A DNA stretch of 64,000 nucleotides, from IMG/VR virus record IMGVR_UViG_3300035180_001778, positions 62,001 to 126,000 of that record; one strand, written 5' to 3'. The translations under genes and the position numbers were made by a program. Below are positions 1-9,329 of this stretch, one piece after another. Below the pieces are notes generated by a model. The model was not told where the DNA came from and did not search any database. It saw nothing but the letters and a program-made list of their open reading frames with translations. Positions within the stretch are counted from its first letter, which is position 1. Each line of letters begins with the position of its first letter.

Positions 1-199
1 AGGCTCGCAGTCCAAAGCCCTCGTTCGACCAGCCATCGGAAGAGACTGATACCCTCAAGAATAGAGATCCCCACAGGGTGGGAACAGCAGGCGGAGCACT
101 TCACGACACACGAGATTACCCGTCCGAGATCCTCTGCCGTGTCACGAACCGAAGCCTCGAAGGCCCCAGCTCGCTCGAAGCGTTGAGCTTCGACCTCAT
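1..199 (-). CDS. Hypothetical Cys-rich protein, 3' partial, probable frameshift at C4 run 164-167
   Basis: ATG at 199 with GGAG upstream reaches a stop after 27 codons; the -1 frame stays open to the window edge (..FEASVRDTAEDLGRVISCVVKCSACC..). Confidence 0.35.
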
Positions 200-238
200 G
201 TGTGTCTCTCTCCAAAAGAAGGGGGAGCGACCGTCGGG

Positions 239-757
239 TCATTCGTCGAACTCGGCGTCATCGAGAAGATGGGTATAGGCGTTCTTCTCGGGTTTCGGCT
301 TGACGGCGACGTGGGCGATTCGTTGCTTGACCGTCTTGAATTGCGCGGTGATGTCGATCCGCGAGCGGCCTTTCTCGTGAACGGCCACGAGGAGGTTCCC
401 AGATTGCAGCCCCAACATGGGCGAGAAGAACACGGGCCCACCCATTCGAGCGGGGTCGCTCGCCACCCAGTCAACGTACAACCTCAAGGGTTCTTCCGTC
501 GGAGTTGCCAGAGGCCCGATGATGCGAGCGATGTACTGCAACCGGCCCAAGCTGGGCCTGGACTGCATGACCACGAACGGCCACTCCGTCTGCGGGTTGG
601 AGAGAACCGTCGCCTCTCCCTTGAGATCCGCATCGAAGCGAATCTCCTTCACCTGCCCGGAGGCTGCGAGAAGCTCCGACATGTGCGTACGCTTCAGGTC
701 GTACTTGCGGACAATCCAGTGCTGCCCATCGTGCAGAAGAAGGTCTCCGAGCTTCAT
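239..757 (-). CDS. Hypothetical protein (172 aa) with acidic C-terminal motif NAYTHLLDDAEFDE
   Basis: ORF with ATGA overlap to the upstream gene and GC3-rich codons. Confidence 0.8.
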   Translation of the reverse strand: MKLGDLLLHDGQHWIVRKYDLKRTHMSELLAASGQVKEIRFDADLKGEATVLSNPQTEWPFVVMQSRPSLGRLQYIARIIGPLATPTEEPLRLYVDWVASDPARMGGPVFFSPMLGLQSGNLLVAVHEKGRSRIDITAQFKTVKQRIAHVAVKPKPEKNAYTHLLDDAEFDE

Positions 758-1125
758 GCTTCCACCACTGCCGGAATCAGGAGGTCTTGAGGCGTGAACT
801 GCTCCTCGAACTTCTTGAGGATGGGGAACGCCGTTGCTGCGTCATCTTCGAACGACCGACGCACGTCGTAAAGCGCATTCCGGAAGGAATTCTCTATGAC
901 GTGCGTCAGGATGGCTTTTTGAGGAGGATCCGAGAGATCCCAGGTCTTGAGGTGCCCCACCCACTCGGCGTGAGCGGACTTCTCGATGTCGTCTTCCAAC
1001 CCGAGCATGCGATGGTAGGGACCGATGTCCCCCTCCTCTCGACTTCTCGGGAGGTAGACAGTCCTTCGAGCCAGACTGCGAAGAAGGCGTTGGGCGAGGT
1101 GTTGAGCGAGAAGAGCGGAGGGCAT
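754..1125 (-). CDS. Hypothetical protein (123 aa)
   Basis: ORF; GGTGTC variant of the promoter motif 10 nt upstream of ATG. Confidence 0.75.
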   Translation of the reverse strand: MPSALLAQHLAQRLLRSLARRTVYLPRSREEGDIGPYHRMLGLEDDIEKSAHAEWVGHLKTWDLSDPPQKAILTHVIENSFRNALYDVRRSFEDDAATAFPILKKFEEQFTPQDLLIPAVVEA

Positions 1126-1170
1126 CGCCTATACTGACACCGAATCCGCTCCCAAGCAGAGAGGGATCGT

Positions 1171-1965
1171 TCAGCCGCCGAAAGGACCGCCGAGTTCGAG
1201 GCCGGCATCCTTGAGGACGTCGTCCGTGCTCTTGCGCTTCACGACGGACGCCTTGGGAGTCGTGGCGGGAGCCTCGTCTTCGACGGGAGCTGCCTTCACT
1301 TCCGATTCCGCCTTCTTGTCTTCGTCCGAGGACGCCTTGACAGGCTCGACGGCAGCCTTGGGCGAGCTGCCCTTGGCGAGCTTCTGCGCGACGAGGGCAG
1401 GGGGAGCCTCGTACGAGGACACGACGCGATAGAAGCCGCGTCCCTTGGCCGGGACCTTCTCGAAGGTCTCCTTGGCCGAGGAGAGGGTGTACGAGATGTA
1501 TCCTCGCGGGTTGTCCGAGAAGGGCAACCAGCCCATCTCCTTCATCTCCGTGAAGAGGGTGTCCGCGTTCACGATGCGATCCCCAGCCGTGACTGCCATG
1601 GCGTCGTGCAGCTTGGGACGATCCCCATTGGCCACCTGGCGACGGCCTTCCGCGGCTCGGCTCATGCCCGCCACCTTGGGCTTCGGGTCTGCGGCGGACT
1701 CGTCCTTGGCCTTCGGCTTGCGACCCGGCTTGCCCTTCGGCTTCACAGGTTCCGGAGTGCTCGTGGCATCCTCCGTTGCAGCCTTCGGCTTGCGGCCGGG
1801 CTTGCCCTTGGGGGCCGCTGCGGGAGCTGCTGAGGCCGACGATCCGTCACCGAAGATTTCGACGAACTTCGTCACCTTGTCCGCGGCCTTCACCGCTTCG
1901 GCCTGCTTCGTGGCAACTTCGGCCTGAAGCTCGGATAGGGTGCTCTCGTACGTGATCTTGTTCAT
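1171..1965 (-). CDS. Histone-H1-like/AT-hook-like DNA-binding protein with central winged-helix-like domain
   Basis: Lys/Ala/Pro-rich; two KGKPGRKPK repeats; globular segment LHDAM..GWLP..YISYTLS..RGFYRV. Confidence 0.6.
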   Translation of the reverse strand: MNKITYESTLSELQAEVATKQAEAVKAADKVTKFVEIFGDGSSASAAPAAAPKGKPGRKPKAATEDATSTPEPVKPKGKPGRKPKAKDESAADPKPKVAGMSRAAEGRRQVANGDRPKLHDAMAVTAGDRIVNADTLFTEMKEMGWLPFSDNPRGYISYTLSSAKETFEKVPAKGRGFYRVVSSYEAPPALVAQKLAKGSSPKAAVEPVKASSDEDKKAESEVKAAPVEDEAPATTPKASVVKRKSTDDVLKDAGLELGGPFGG

Positions 1966-2069
1966 ATTGGGATGATCTCCAGATGCACATGCCGTCTCTC
2001 GGTCCCTTTGGGGTATGCCGAAGACGGTAAGATGGTTCCCTGTGATAGGACCCTAACCTGGAGGATCTG

Positions 2070-2602
2070 TCAAGGATATATTTTGGGGTCGGTTCCAATT
2101 CGAGAATTCAGGACTCTGAGATGCTTTTTGGAAACGTCCTCTTCACGAACGTTTCCAAAATTGCACTTCTTGATCTGGAAACACGTTGCAACCACGCCAG
2201 GCCCAGCCTTGAGCCCTTCACAACGTTCGCAGATAGCTGTCCCAAAATTCAGACGGAACCGTAGCCGAGCACCTTCCGCGAGAAGCTCGTGGTAGGCCTC
2301 AGAGAGCTTCTCAACGGCGGCAAAGACCTGGGTGGGGTCTCCGGTCGAGAAGCTCTGGAGAGCTTCGTCAGCAGGGTCTACTTCTTGGGGAACTCCCGCT
2401 CGATGTCCGCCTGGCAGATGATCCCCATCCGACGGAGAGCTTGCTCGGTCTGCCCCTTCGACACGGCCATTCGTAGACCGGGAAGATGACGGGAGTCGAT
2501 CGTCTGAGCGGAGGTGAGGACCTGCGTCATCAGCCTGTGCCACTCGATTGCGTTCTTCGGAGCCAAGGACTGCGTCTGCGTCTCCAGTAGGCGGGTCTTC
2601 AT
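2070..2602 (-). CDS. Hypothetical protein split by an apparent -1 frameshift near 2387-2390
   Basis: GC3-rich frame 2602-2378 (MKTRLLE..EREFP) joins the frame ending at 2070 (QEVDPADEAL..CERC..C..KC) if one C is added to a C4 run; 533+1 nt = 178 codons. Confidence 0.55.
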
Positions 2603-2950
2603 TCACGACCCCACCCAGGGAGAGATCCCCTTGAACGTCGAGTAGAGCACGTTCGTCTTGGGGCCCTCCCGGTTGAAGTCGCTCTGCATCGCGTCCATCA
2701 GCTCCACAGTCGGGAGCCGTGTGACCGTGGCAGCCAGCTCCAGGAGGTCCGGGTTGGATGTGATCCGTAGGAGGTCCGCTCGGGACTTCTCATCGTGCTC
2801 CAGGCAGTAGATGACCTGCTCTCGGGTCATCGTGTCGAGGAGGCAGATACCGATCGCCCCCGGCGTGCCTCGCTCCAGCCACACGTTGTTCTTCGTGTCC
2901 CGATCGCAGTTGGTGCATCGGGGCTCCTCATCGCAACAGTTGTCGCTCAT
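2603..2950 (-). CDS. Hypothetical protein, Cys-rich N-terminus (115 aa)
   Basis: ATG at 2950 overlaps the upstream stop (ATGA). Confidence 0.7.
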   Translation of the reverse strand: MSDNCCDEEPRCTNCDRDTKNNVWLERGTPGAIGICLLDTMTREQVIYCLEHDEKSRADLLRITSNPDLLELAATVTRLPTVELMDAMQSDFNREGPKTNVLYSTFKGISPWVGS

Positions 2951-3216
2951 CGTCCGATCCAATCCGTCTGGAAAACCAAGATCCGCTCGTGTCCCTCAAG
3001 GCAGCGTAACCCCACCTTCCAGTAGAAGTGGGAGGCCTTTCGACGAAGGGCGTACGAGGTGGGCTCCGGTCGAGCCGCACAAGAGCAGCATGACAAGTTT
3101 TTCAGCGCTTGGACAACATCGTCGGCTCCGCCTGTCGGTTGAGCTTGACGGATATCTTCGTCCGTGAGGTCGGGGGAGTCTTCGTCCAGAGTACGGATAG
3201 ATATGTCAGGAGTCAT
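2947..3216 (-). CDS. Hypothetical protein (89 aa), possible Zn-binding (CCSC..C..H)
   Basis: 3' part of ORF 2947-3393; start placed at MTPDISI. Confidence 0.6.
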   Translation of the reverse strand: MTPDISIRTLDEDSPDLTDEDIRQAQPTGGADDVVQALKNLSCCSCAARPEPTSYALRRKASHFYWKVGLRCLEGHERILVFQTDWIGR

Positions 3217-3637
3217 CGTCGAGATCATCCTTCCCCAGAAGAGCTTTCGCCATAGCCGTCTTGAACTTGCGCGACTTGACGGGCTTGGGGATCTTGACGA
3301 TGGCATCCCTTCCTCGGGGGTCCGGCTGCAACCCTTTACTCTTCTCGAAGAGTTCGTACGCCGCGTCAAAGAGATAAGGCAACAGCCCGCCAATCAACTT
3401 GAGGGCTGTAACATGCCCCAACTCATAGGCATGCACCCTTTGTTCATCCCGCCGATACTGTATGTGCTTTTCACCGTTGACCCAACGATACTCCCCCACC
3501 TCGTAGGCCAAGCAAATCGTCGATTTGTATTCGATGTGTTGGACCCCCGGCAGCCTGCGCCGGCTGAATACCTTCCATTCGGTCGTGCGGGGCTTGTCCT
3601 TGGGGAGGGGTTTCCCCTTTTTCTTGGCTGGGGTCAT
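3206..3637 (-). CDS. Hypothetical basic protein with acidic tail (143 aa)
   Basis: ATG at 3637 overlaps the DUF1848 stop. Confidence 0.7.
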   Translation of the reverse strand: MTPAKKKGKPLPKDKPRTTEWKVFSRRRLPGVQHIEYKSTICLAYEVGEYRWVNGEKHIQYRRDEQRVHAYELGHVTALKLIGGLLPYLFDAAYELFEKSKGLQPDPRGRDAIVKIPKPVKSRKFKTAMAKALLGKDDLDDDS

Positions 3638-4476
3638 CGCACGAGAGGAAGAGACCTCTTGGTTGTGTTGCGCTTCTTGTCCGCGAGGTTCACGTCTGCC
3701 GCGTAGCAGTACTTGCACCCCATCGTACAGGTCTCGTTGATGGTGAACGGGTCGACCATCAGGACGCAGCCACAGCCCTCCGAAGGGGCCTTTTCCCGAC
3801 CTGCGAGGAAGAAGTCTTCCGGCGGAGCACAGATACCCGAGGCGAGGTTCGCATGGGCATCCGGATGTCCGATGAGAAGCCGGTCCTCATTGCAGAGGAG
3901 GACCTTGACGCCGTGCTTCTCGCCCAGCTCGGCAATCTGCACGAGGATGTTGAGGCGATCGACGTCGGTCCGGGTTTCGGCCATGAGGTCGTTCGTCTGG
4001 AGGAAGGACAGGAAGACGCTCTTGAGCCCAGCATCCGCCGCGTGAACGAGGATCCGGCCGAACCGCTCGACGACGTTGGGGACCAGCGGGACGGGCGAGA
4101 AACGCCAGGTGACGTTCTCAGGGCCATAGATGACTGAGGCAGCTTTCAGTCCCGATGCCCCCTGGAGAAGGGTCGGGGCTCCCTTCTCCACTTCCTCCCA
4201 GCCCGTGACGGTGACGTGGATCTTGACCTTGAAGTCCCGGGGGAGACGCTGATCCATGACCAGGTTCCAGGGGTCCTTCGTCCAGAAGACGAGCCCGAGA
4301 GTATCTTCGGGCGCGAGAGACCACTTCGAAGGGACGCCGGTCCGCGGGTCGAAGCCCTCCATGAAGCCTTCCCGGAGGCTTTCCTTGAACCAGTCCCACT
4401 TGGCGGCCGGGACATCCGTCCACCGGCTGAGGCTGTAGGGGAGATTTTCTTCGCGACCGCTTCTGAGATTTCTCAT
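3634..4476 (-). CDS. DUF1848-family radical-SAM-like protein
   Basis: SLSRWTDVP..WF, LVFWTKDP and a C-terminal CxxxCxxC (CTMGCKYC); CGTGTA motif 9 nt upstream of ATG 4476. Confidence 0.75.
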   Translation of the reverse strand: MRNLRSGREENLPYSLSRWTDVPAAKWDWFKESLREGFMEGFDPRTGVPSKWSLAPEDTLGLVFWTKDPWNLVMDQRLPRDFKVKIHVTVTGWEEVEKGAPTLLQGASGLKAASVIYGPENVTWRFSPVPLVPNVVERFGRILVHAADAGLKSVFLSFLQTNDLMAETRTDVDRLNILVQIAELGEKHGVKVLLCNEDRLLIGHPDAHANLASGICAPPEDFFLAGREKAPSEGCGCVLMVDPFTINETCTMGCKYCYAADVNLADKKRNTTKRSLPLVR

Positions 4477-4511
4477 CGTCGTCTCTACACGCGTCGAGGG
4501 TCTCGGATCAA

Positions 4512-5024
4512 TCAGGCGCGGTACAAACCCACACCCAGGCCGGTGAAGAACCCAATCGCCGAGATGACGCCCCACCAAAAGTAGAACTGGACATTCGGGA
4601 AGAGCGTGATGCCCGAAGGGACGGTCACCACTTGCCCATCGAGCAACGTCTCCCGGAGCTTGAGCAGCATGTTGCTCCGCTCCAGCATGGCGGTCTCGGG
4701 CGTCACCTTGGCCAACTCCGCCTGGGAAGCGCTGAGGTTCGTGAACCAGAAGCCGATGTCGTTGTTCGGGGTGTCGAAGAAGACCGACGTGTTGCCAGAC
4801 GTGAGCCCCGCCCACTTGATGTACTGGAGGGCCGTCCCCAGCTCCGTGTATGCCAGCTCGACCGTGTTGGCGTCAGCGGCTCGCTTGAGATGCCCCTCGC
4901 AGTTCTGATCGAACCGGAGATCCTTGCACCCCGCGGTGATTCCGAAACCGAGGAGGAGGATGAGAAAGAACACTCCGAGGATGAGGGGGTTCTTGGGGGA
5001 GGGCTTATTTCCGTAGGTGGGCAT
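4512..5024 (-). CDS. Membrane protein with N- and C-terminal transmembrane helices
   Basis: Hydrophobic LILGVFFLILLLGFGITAG and FYFWWGVISAIGFFTGLGVGL; GGTGTA-N10-ATG. Confidence 0.75.
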   Translation of the reverse strand: MPTYGNKPSPKNPLILGVFFLILLLGFGITAGCKDLRFDQNCEGHLKRAADANTVELAYTELGTALQYIKWAGLTSGNTSVFFDTPNNDIGFWFTNLSASQAELAKVTPETAMLERSNMLLKLRETLLDGQVVTVPSGITLFPNVQFYFWWGVISAIGFFTGLGVGLYRA

Positions 5025-5051
5025 GTCCCCCAAGTACACCAACTGGAGGGA

Positions 5052-6311
5052 TTACTCTGAGTCCATTTCCTTGAGGGCCGCCTCGATCGCGTCCATGTCG
5101 AGGTCCTGGATCTGCTTGGCGACCTTGGCCATGACGAACTTGGCGATCCCCTCGTCCACCTTGGCGTCCTCATCCGATGCGAGGAAGTGGTGAACATGCT
5201 TGTGAATGCCCTCCCCAATCTCGATGTACTCGCTGAGCCCGTCGATGTGTCCCAGGATGTCGGCTGCCGCTCGTGCTGCCAGGTTCTTGGTGAGGGTCTT
5301 TCCGAAGGCCCCTGCAAGAGCGAGAGGCCCACCACTGACTGTCAGAGCCGTTGCCGCAGCGGTGATGGCCATGTGCTTGGCCAATGTCTTGAAAGCGTGC
5401 TTCTGCTCGGGGGTCATCGAACCCCCCTTGATGACAGCCTTCACCCCGGCTGCCGCTTCCTTGTACTCCTTCACCTCGTTCTTCACGGTGGTGATGGCAT
5501 GCTGCACGACGTTGTGCGGGGCGTCCATCAGCTTCTTGTGGGCCCCCATGAGGGCCGTTCGACGATAGGCATCGTCGGTGAAGAACTGCTTGACGGCCGC
5601 GGGCGCATCCTCGTAGAACTTCTTCGCTTTGGCCCCGAGTCCTTGCAGGCGCTCCTTCCAGGACTTCTTGGGTGCATCATGCTCATGCTCCCCGCCACCC
5701 CCATGATCTTCCTTTTTGGTGACGGTGTGATTCGCAGGGTCGGCTTGAGGGTGCTCGTGCAGGTACTCTTTCATTTCCTCGGGCGATGAGTGCTCCATCG
5801 CAAGCTGCATCTGGAAACGAGCGACAACGCGGAGAAGTGTGCGGGATTGCGTCATGTGAGGCCTCGGTCGAAAAGTAGGGAGCATCAGTCGTCGGTCGTA
5901 GCGATCTCGCAGCTCTTTCCAATCGTTCCCCGAGGGGATCAACTGGGCCAGTTGCTTCGCTTCTTTTTCAGCGAGCTGCCAGGCATGCGGTCCCAACGTC
6001 GTCAGGATCTTGTTGGGGTCATGGGGCCATTTCTTCCGCATCATGTCCAAAATGGGGGTCTTCATCCAGACCTTCCCCAAATCACTGAGGTCGTAGATGA
6101 CGAACGCGCTCAGCTCGTTAATCTGAGCGTAATTGGCCATGCCCTTGTGGTAACTGGCCCCATCCGTTTCCTGAATCCCAGTGAACCCCGTGTCTTGGAG
6201 AGAGTGCAGGCACGCGAGGATCTTCGACATGGCCTGACGAAAATCCTCGGGCAAGGCTGAAGCCCAAGATGCTTGAAAGCTCCGCGCGACACGATAGACG
6301 ATGGGTAGCAT
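5052..6311 (-). CDS. RVA-leader protein(s); 419-aa ORF that may be two genes (second start ATG 5855)
   Basis: MLPIVYRVARSF at the start; MTQSRTLLRVVARF at 5855 preceded by GAGG; YLHEHPQADPANHTV motif. Confidence 0.7.
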   Translation of the reverse strand: MLPIVYRVARSFQASWASALPEDFRQAMSKILACLHSLQDTGFTGIQETDGASYHKGMANYAQINELSAFVIYDLSDLGKVWMKTPILDMMRKKWPHDPNKILTTLGPHAWQLAEKEAKQLAQLIPSGNDWKELRDRYDRRLMLPTFRPRPHMTQSRTLLRVVARFQMQLAMEHSSPEEMKEYLHEHPQADPANHTVTKKEDHGGGGEHEHDAPKKSWKERLQGLGAKAKKFYEDAPAAVKQFFTDDAYRRTALMGAHKKLMDAPHNVVQHAITTVKNEVKEYKEAAAGVKAVIKGGSMTPEQKHAFKTLAKHMAITAAATALTVSGGPLALAGAFGKTLTKNLAARAAADILGHIDGLSEYIEIGEGIHKHVHHFLASDEDAKVDEGIAKFVMAKVAKQIQDLDMDAIEAALKEMDSE

Positions 6312-7102
6312 CAGGCGTACTCGGTGGAAAGTCGGTCAAGGACGGTATCTTTGACGTCGCCGATGGCCCAGTAGGTCGCCTGGTTGTCTTCGTGGGGGGA
6401 ATGCACGTTGATCCCCATGTGGACCAGAGCTTCCTCAACCTTCGCGAGGTCCAACTCCCTCTTGAGGACCATACCCACGTTGTAGCCGATAGCTTGGCTC
6501 TGTGTGGATCGATGGGGGCTATCGTAGGGCTTGAACCCCAAAGGAATGGCCCCGTTCAACACATCAGAGATGGCCCGGTCCACCTTCGGCTTGACGTACT
6601 TGGCGTAGTACTCCTGAACGCCTGCATTGACCTTCTTTTGGAAGTCGCTGTCGTTCTGCTCGAAAAAGGTCTTGAGCCCAGACACGGTCTCATCGTAGAC
6701 CCGCTCCATCCTCTTTTCGAGGTCGTGGTACTCTTCGTGAGTGACCCGGTTGAGCTGGCCCTTCTTTTCGAGATGCACGATCATCGAAGCGAAGTGTCCC
6801 GAGGGACCATGGATCTTCAGGTCCCCCTCAGAGACCTGCCACATCGCCACGATCTTCTTCTCGGCATCGAACACCCACAGGTATCTCCAGGGGGTGTTGC
6901 TCGGGAGGTGAATGTAGCGAGCATGTCCCGTCCCCGGGCCGCCCTCATCGACCTTTTCCGAGACGTCCATCCCCTCTCCACGGAACGTGCTCAGCACGTA
7001 CTTCCGACCCCCAATGGTGGCCGTCGGGACCCCAGGTTTGGGTTTGAAGGGGATGACCACCGCTGCATAGCGGGTCGCAACACGATGGACGAGGTCACTC
7101 AC
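6311..7102 (-). CDS. RVA-leader hypothetical protein (263 aa)
   Basis: GTG start then SDLVHRVATRYAA; long GC3-rich ORF. Confidence 0.75.
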   Translation of the reverse strand: MSDLVHRVATRYAAVVIPFKPKPGVPTATIGGRKYVLSTFRGEGMDVSEKVDEGGPGTGHARYIHLPSNTPWRYLWVFDAEKKIVAMWQVSEGDLKIHGPSGHFASMIVHLEKKGQLNRVTHEEYHDLEKRMERVYDETVSGLKTFFEQNDSDFQKKVNAGVQEYYAKYVKPKVDRAISDVLNGAIPLGFKPYDSPHRSTQSQAIGYNVGMVLKRELDLAKVEEALVHMGINVHSPHEDNQATYWAIGDVKDTVLDRLSTEYA

Positions 7103-7129
7103 ACTGAGGGGAGGGCACAAGAGAAAATG

Positions 7130-7480
7130 CTACCGGGGGAGGGGATTCTTTTCCCGGTACTCCTTCGAGTGAAGGACCATCTCCAGGAACTCCTCGACCG
7201 ACATCTTGCGAATGTCGTGATCGTAGTTGATCGTTCGAGCGTCCCCGTACTCATGCCGCCCGCGGTCGTTGGGCAGGGTGAAGTACACAGACTGCGCCTT
7301 GAACCAGAGCTTGAACTTGCCGTCGGGTGAGGTCGCGTGGGGCACCTTGAGCCCTTCCGTGACCTTCCAACCCTTCGTCTTGAGGAAGGCGAATATCTCG
7401 GCTTGAGCTTGCGGGTAGGTGCGTTGCTTGGCTGCCGCTGCCTCCAAAAACCGAGCCACCACGCGCTTGTTCAGATCCAT
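7130..7480 (-). CDS. RVA-leader hypothetical protein (116 aa)
   Basis: MDLNKRVVARFLEAAA. Confidence 0.75.
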   Translation of the reverse strand: MDLNKRVVARFLEAAAAKQRTYPQAQAEIFAFLKTKGWKVTEGLKVPHATSPDGKFKLWFKAQSVYFTLPNDRGRHEYGDARTINYDHDIRKMSVEEFLEMVLHSKEYREKNPLPR

Positions 7481-7503
7481 GCCCACACCCCCCTACAAGA
7501 GGA

Positions 7504-7962
7504 TCAATCCTGTTTCACTTCGACATCCATGTCGCTCTCGAATGCACTGGCCAGTCGAGCGATGTCCCGAGAGATGTGATCCACTCGTTTCTTCTGACCA
7601 GCTCCGTAGGGGACCTTGAAGTGCGCTCCCAGAAAGTTGGTCGGGTCCGTGTAATTCCCCGCGTGCAGCGACCCAAGGAACTTCTTCAAGCTGGCGACGG
7701 GTTCGCAGTAGGTGACGGAACCCTCAACCCCATGCTCCTCGAAGAACTTCTTCAGGGAGTCCCGAACAGTTGCGGCCAATGCAGCCACCTGCTCCGGGAT
7801 CTCCGGATCGAACTGAGGGCGAGTAACCCCATTCCCCCCACCTGATGGGTCCTTACCCAAGGGTGTTTTTTGGTTCAAGATCACAGACGCCGTGATGTTG
7901 ACCTGAGCGTAGGGCTTGGCGCTGGAAGGCTTCCCGATACGGAAAATGCAGGTGGGCTTCAA
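7504..7962 (-). CDS. Hypothetical protein (152 aa)
   Basis: ORF in the co-oriented array; TTG start uncertain. Confidence 0.65.
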   Translation of the reverse strand: MKPTCIFRIGKPSSAKPYAQVNITASVILNQKTPLGKDPSGGGNGVTRPQFDPEIPEQVAALAATVRDSLKKFFEEHGVEGSVTYCEPVASLKKFLGSLHAGNYTDPTNFLGAHFKVPYGAGQKKRVDHISRDIARLASAFESDMDVEVKQD

Positions 7963-8036
7963 GCGAGACTCTTGAAACCTTCGGAAAACCTCAAATGCCA
8001 GACGATCCCTGCCACAGCCGCCATATCAAAGAACTC

Positions 8037-8756
8037 TCAGACTTCGACCGTCAGCTCGAAATTGAACTTGGGGTTCTCTTCTTTCCGCGCGTACCCGAAC
8101 GGGTTGCAGAGCACTCGGGTTTTCCCAAGCTGGTAGTCGAAGGACCCGTGGGTATGGCCGTGCATACAAATCGCAGGCTTCTTCGCGAGGATCAACTCCT
8201 CCATGTTGCAGACGAAGAACGAGTTGATCTCGGATCCCTTGTACTGCTCTGGAGTCGACCGCGGAGAAGGGAGATGATGGGTGACGACGATGTCCCCCTC
8301 TCGCACCTCCTTCTGGAAGAAGGCAAGGGTGGCTGCATTGTCCTGGTACACCCAGGACTCCAGCTCGGGGATGAGCTTGAAATCCCACATCTCATCCTTC
8401 GGGGCAATGGGGTCGTGACGAAACCACATCGTACCCCCAAGGAAGCGCTGCCCTCCGAGAACCACAGAGCTGTTGTCCAGCCAGTGGAAATTCTTGTGTC
8501 GGCCGGCGAAGTTGTGCAGCCGTTTGCGAAGCTCCCCACGAGTCATCCGGTAGTACTCGTGGTTTCCAGGGACGTAGACCACCTCCGTGTACTGGTGGCA
8601 GAGGAGACTCAGCGCCGGGATCAGCTCGGCTCCCACCGTAAGGTCTCCCGCCACAACGAGCACATCGCAACCATCGGGGAGGATGCTCTCCAGAAGAGAG
8701 CGTCCCGAGTCCCGTTGGAACTCGAAGTGAAGATCCGAGATGATGCCGACTTTCAT
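8037..8756 (-). CDS. Calcineurin-like metallophosphoesterase
   Basis: SDLH, AGDL, PGNHE, THH and HGHTH motifs. Confidence 0.92.
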   Translation of the reverse strand: MKVGIISDLHFEFQRDSGRSLLESILPDGCDVLVVAGDLTVGAELIPALSLLCHQYTEVVYVPGNHEYYRMTRGELRKRLHNFAGRHKNFHWLDNSSVVLGGQRFLGGTMWFRHDPIAPKDEMWDFKLIPELESWVYQDNAATLAFFQKEVREGDIVVTHHLPSPRSTPEQYKGSEINSFFVCNMEELILAKKPAICMHGHTHGSFDYQLGKTRVLCNPFGYARKEENPKFNFELTVEV

Positions 8757-8759
8757 GGG

Positions 8760-9029
8760 TCAGATATCGAAGACTGCGCCGGGTTCGTACGGGTCCCATC
8801 CCTTTGCAATGCCTTGCCGGATGGCATTGATAATGAGGGAGGGAGTCACACTCTCGATCACCATTGAGGTGCGGAGTATTTGTCCAGGCTTTTCCGTGTC
8901 AGCCTGGATCAAGATGAGCCGACCCCCCGCATGACGTTGGGGGTCGGTGTTGGTAGGGGTCTTCACCAGATAGCGATAGGCCCTACCCTCTACCTGAATA
9001 CGCCTGCTCTTCTTCTTGGGGAAGCTCAT
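8760..9029 (-). CDS. Small hypothetical protein, paralog of 9033-9329
   Basis: PKKKSRRIQVEGRAYRYLVK..TPSLI..AI..GWDP. Confidence 0.75.
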   Translation of the reverse strand: MSFPKKKSRRIQVEGRAYRYLVKTPTNTDPQRHAGGRLILIQADTEKPGQILRTSMVIESVTPSLIINAIRQGIAKGWDPYEPGAVFDI

Positions 9030-9032
9030 GGG

Positions 9033-9329
9033 TCACTCGTCGATCGAGTCGCCAACGTAGAAGGCGATACCCCTGGCGCTGGGGTCCCAGCCTCGCTTCA
9101 GCGCCTTCGGGATCATCTCCGCAACCAGGCGAGGCGTGATGACCCTGTAGTAGGACAGGCGGCGAAAAAGAACCCGACCGGGTTTCGGCGTCACCTCCTG
9201 GACGATCAGGACCAGCTCTTTCTGGTCTCGCTCCTCAAAGCGATGGGAAATCTTCACGAGGTAGCGGTAAGACTTCCCATCGACCACGATAGGGCGGCTT
9301 CCTTTTCGAGGGATGCCCATCTCGATCAC
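9033..9329 (-). CDS. Small hypothetical protein, paralog of 8760-9029
   Basis: PRKGSRPIVVDGKSYRYLVK..TPRLV..AL..GWDP. Confidence 0.75.
   Translation of the reverse strand: MIEMGIPRKGSRPIVVDGKSYRYLVKISHRFEERDQKELVLIVQEVTPKPGRVLFRRLSYYRVITPRLVAEMIPKALKRGWDPSARGIAFYVGDSIDE

Noticed and set aside
2070-2606. 178-aa ORF 2070-2606 as annotated
   Set aside because: Its first 70 or so codons are a shadow of the GC3-rich frame 2378-2602; a frameshifted join fits better.
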